From contig NIVC01000833.1 in NCBI GenBank assembly GCA_002269645.1, positions 46,886 to 110,885 on the forward strand: a DNA stretch of 64,000 nucleotides, in the 5' to 3' direction. Each line of letters opens with the position of its first letter. Positions within the stretch are counted from its first letter, which is position 1. Source of the stretch: Macrostomum lignano (lineage: Eukaryota). Shown here piece after piece: positions 60,687 through 64,000 of the stretch. The notes beneath the pieces were generated by a model. It was not told the origin of the DNA and did not search any database. It worked only from the letters and a program-made list of their open reading frames with translations. The position numbers and the translations under genes were made by a program.

Positions 60687-60959
60687 GTAAGTTCTATCGT
60701 AGCGAGTTCTACACCAAGCCCACTTGTTCGTTTAGAGAACACCTGTAGCTTTAATTTTTTATAGTGCAACTCTTTCGAGCTTGCAAAGCGAGTTCTCCGC
60801 TGCTTTTAGAAGAAAAATACTTCCCTAGCAGAATTCCACAGACTGTTCGAGCGACCTATGCGTACACTTGTTCTCTTAATATATTAATATACATGGAATA
60901 ACTCATCGTCCCAAATGATGCATAGATGCATAGATCTATCGCCATAGCACTTTTATTTC

Positions 60960-61302
60960 TGTTATCATATCATAATATCATAATAATATCAACAATAATA
61001 TCATAGTAATACTTGATTACACCTGCCCTAATGGTCAAATGTGCAACCGACAGCTCAGCCGCAGCTATTGCGCGTTGCATCTGAAGGCTGCGTATGGCTG
61101 TTCAGTCCAAAGACTGGAGGGGGGTCCGCACACACACCCTCAATTACCCCAGCTAATGCTGGCACCCATTTTACAGCTGGGTGAACTGAAGCAATGCAGA
61201 TATGTGTCTTGCTCAAGGGCACAAATTATTCCAGTTGGATCGGGAATCGAACCCCTGACCTTTCAGTCATGAGCCCGATGCTCTAACCACTAGACCACAA
61301 CC
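60960..61302 (-). mobile_element. tRNA-derived CORE-type SINE
   Basis: On the - strand: A-box TGGTCTAGTGG (61297-61287), B-box GGTTCGATTCC (61253-61243), CORE-like TTGTGCCCTTGAGCAAGACAC...CAGTTCACCCAGCTGTAAAATGGGT (61224-61164), and an (ATT/ATG)-rich simple tail near 60960-61010. Confidence 0.8.
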
Positions 61303-62554
61303 CCCACTAGGCTACAACCCCCACTAGGCTACAACCCCCCCTAGGATACAACCCCACTAGGCTACAACCCCCCACTAGGCTACAACCCCCCACTAGGCTA
61401 CAACCCCCACTAGGCTACAATCCCCCACTAGGCTACAACCCCCACTAGGCTACAATCCCCCACTAGGCTACAACCCCCACTAGGATACAACCCCCACTAG
61501 GCTACAACCCCCCCACTAGGCTACAACCCCCACTAGGCTACAACCCCCCACTAGGATACAACCCCCACTAGGCTACAACCCCCACTAGGCTACAACCCCC
61601 ACTAGGCTACAACCCCCCACTAGGCTACAACCTCCCCACTAGGCTACAACCCCCCCACTAGGCTACAACCTCCCCACTAGGCTACAACCCCCACTAGGCT
61701 ACAACCTACCCACTAGGCTACAACCTCCCCACTAGGCTACAACCCCCCACTAGGCTACAACCCCCCACTAGGCTACAACCCCACTAGGCTACAACCCCCC
61801 ACTAGGCTACAACCCCCCACTAGGCTACAATCCCCCACTAGGCTGCAACCCCCCACTAGGCTACAACCTCCCCACTAGGCTACAACCCCCCACTAGGCTA
61901 CAATCCCCCACTAGGCTACAACCTCCCCACTAGGCTACAATCCCCCACTAGGGTAAACCCCCCTAGGCTACAACCCTCCCCACTAGGCTACAACCTCCCC
62001 ACTAGGCTACAACCCCCACTAGGCTACAACCTCCCCACTAGGCTACAACCTCCCCACTAGGCTACAACCCCCACTAGGCTACAACCTCCCACTAGGCTAC
62101 AACCTCCCCACTAGGCTACAACCCCCACTAGGCTACAACCTCCCCACTAGGCTACAATCCCCCACTAGGGTAAAACCCCCCACTAGGCTACAACCCTCCC
62201 CACTAGGCTACAACCTCCCCACTAGGCTACAACCCCCACTAGGCTACAACCTCCCCACTAGGCTACAACCTCCCCACTAGGCTACAACCCCCACTAGGCT
62301 ACAACCTCCCCACTAGGCTACAACCTCCCCACTAGGCTACAACCCCCACTAGGCTACAATCCCCACTAGGCTACAACCCCACTAGGCTACAACCCCCACT
62401 AGGCTACAACCTCCCCACTAGGCTACAACCTCCCACTAGGCTACAACCTCCCCACTAGGCTACAACCCCCACTAGGCTACAATCCCCCACTAGGCTACAA
62501 CCCCCACTAGGCTACAACCCCCCACTAGGCTACAACCTCCCACTAGGCTACAAC
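61298..62554. repeat. 17-19-bp minisatellite (CCCCACTAGGCTACAAC)n, ~70 copies, contiguous with the SINE 5' end
   Basis: Direct periodicity; the reverse-complement unit is GGTTGTAGCCTAGTGG. Confidence 0.96.
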
Positions 62555-63109
62555 TTCTTTTCAACAAATTATTTTCTACAGGTTGAAAAAGTGTTTAAAT
62601 CGAATCGAATAATTTGAATGCCAAAACTGCATATCGGTTTTTTGTTGAAATTTACCAGAGTTTTAATGTGCAATTAGTCATTAGCAATTAAGTGATTATT
62701 ATATTATACACTTAATAAGGCAGTCTATAACTATGACTATGAATCATCACTAAATATTAAAAGAACAATAAGAATTCAGTAATATGAAAATCAGCACTGT
62801 TAATCGCTATCGCTACTACTATCTTTTTCATTTAAAAAAAATTAAATCAAGGACTATGTGTTGCTTGTGATGGTAAGTTTCTAAGAACTCTTACGCATGC
62901 CTCTTTACGCATCTTGCCAATTTTCTGTTTTGAAAGCCGCGTGAATACTGTGCATAAAATGTAAATCATTTCTGATTTTTACCCGCCTTATTTATCAACA
63001 GAAATATTCTTATTTGAATTATATTAATTATGGCACTTGCATGAACTATATACGATTTTCTTTGCCTTTCGATCGCTTTGGTTTGTGGTAACTGCAATCA
63101 GCACAATGC

Positions 63110-64000
63110 TAGACAGGCAGTGTGTCTCATGTTAGACAGGCAGTGTGTCACATGTTAGACAGGCAGTGTGTCTCATGTTAGACAGGCAGTGTGTCTCATG
63201 TTAGACAGGAAGTGTGTCATGTTAGACAGGCAGTGTGTCTCATGTTAGACAGGCAGTGTGTCTCATGTTAGACAGGCAGTGTGTCATGTTAGACAGGCAG
63301 TGTGTCACATGTTAGACAGGCAGTGTGTCACATGTTAGACAGGCAGTGTGTCTCATGTTAGACAGGCAGTGTGTCTCATGTTAGACAGGCAGTGTGTCTC
63401 ATGTTAGACAGGCAGTGTGTCTCATGTTAGACAGGCAGTGTGTCTCATGTTAGACAGGCAGTGTGTCTCATGTTAGACAGGCAGTGTGTCTCATGTTAGA
63501 CAGACAGTGTGTCACATGTTAGACAGGCAGTGTGTCTCATGTTAGACAGGCAGTGTGTCTCATGTTAGACAGGCAGTGTGTCTCATGTTAGACAGGCAGT
63601 GTGTCTCATGTTAGACAGGCAGTGTGTCTCATGTTAGACAGGCAGTGTGTCTCATGTTAGACAGGCAGTGTGTCTCATGTTAGACAGGCAGTGTGTCTCA
63701 TGTTAGACAGGCAGTGTGTCTCATGTTAGACAGGCAGTGTGTCTCATGTTAGACAGGCAGTGTGTCTCATGTTAGACAGGCAGTGTGTCTCATGTTAGAC
63801 AGTGTGTCTCATGTTAGACAGGCAGTGTGTCTCATGTTAGACAGCAGCAGTGTGTCTCATGTTAGACAGGCAGTGTGTCACATGTTAGACAGGCAGTGTG
63901 TCTCATGTTAGACAGGCAGTGTGTCTCATGTTAGACAGGCAGTGTGTCTCATGTTAGACAGGCAGTGTGTCTCATGTTAGACAGGCAGTGTGTCTCATGT
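63110..64000. repeat. 23-bp minisatellite (CATGTTAGACAGGCAGTGTGTCT)n, truncated by window end
   Basis: Direct periodicity. Confidence 0.96.

Noticed and set aside
61234-61302. tRNA-Met(CAT)-like gene on the minus strand
   Set aside because: The anticodon stem is mispaired and it is followed by CORE and a simple-repeat tail; it is a SINE head, not a functional tRNA.

Overview
Eukaryotic (metazoan) genomic DNA, not prokaryotic: GT-AG spliced genes and more than 30 different micro/minisatellite arrays filling introns and intergenic space. This style suggests a flatworm such as Macrostomum (inference only, not confirmed). Genes: (1) a 4-exon CRAL-TRIO/Sec14-type gene (+, 3397-6721, 373 aa after splicing) with a degenerate C2H2-like motif at its N-terminus; (2) a small two-transmembrane protein gene (-, 8666-9409); (3) tRNA-Ser(AGA) at 13470-13551; (4) a large multi-PDZ scaffold gene of the MPDZ/PATJ family (+, exons traced from 30463 to 60686, PDZ2-PDZ7, continuing beyond the window, with a 1-nt frameshift near 60123); (5) an intronless ~1290-aa ankyrin-repeat gene (-, 50579-54481) nested in the intron that splits PDZ4. 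Mobile DNA: an internally deleted PIF/Harbinger transposon (11975-13009, 26-bp TIRs, CAG TSD), a Harbinger-type MITE (18740-18958, CTG TSD) and a tRNA-derived CORE-type SINE (-, ~60960-61302). The two most notable observations link mobile elements to tandem repeats. First, the Harbinger sits at the central CAG of a 15-bp minisatellite unit that resembles a known Harbinger target consensus, and the same minisatellite recurs at two other places in the window. Second, the 5' end (Pol III A-box) of the SINE is amplified into a ~70-copy tandem array. Most long ORFs in the supplied track are artefacts of stop-free repeats. Repeat boundaries and copy numbers are by-eye estimates.
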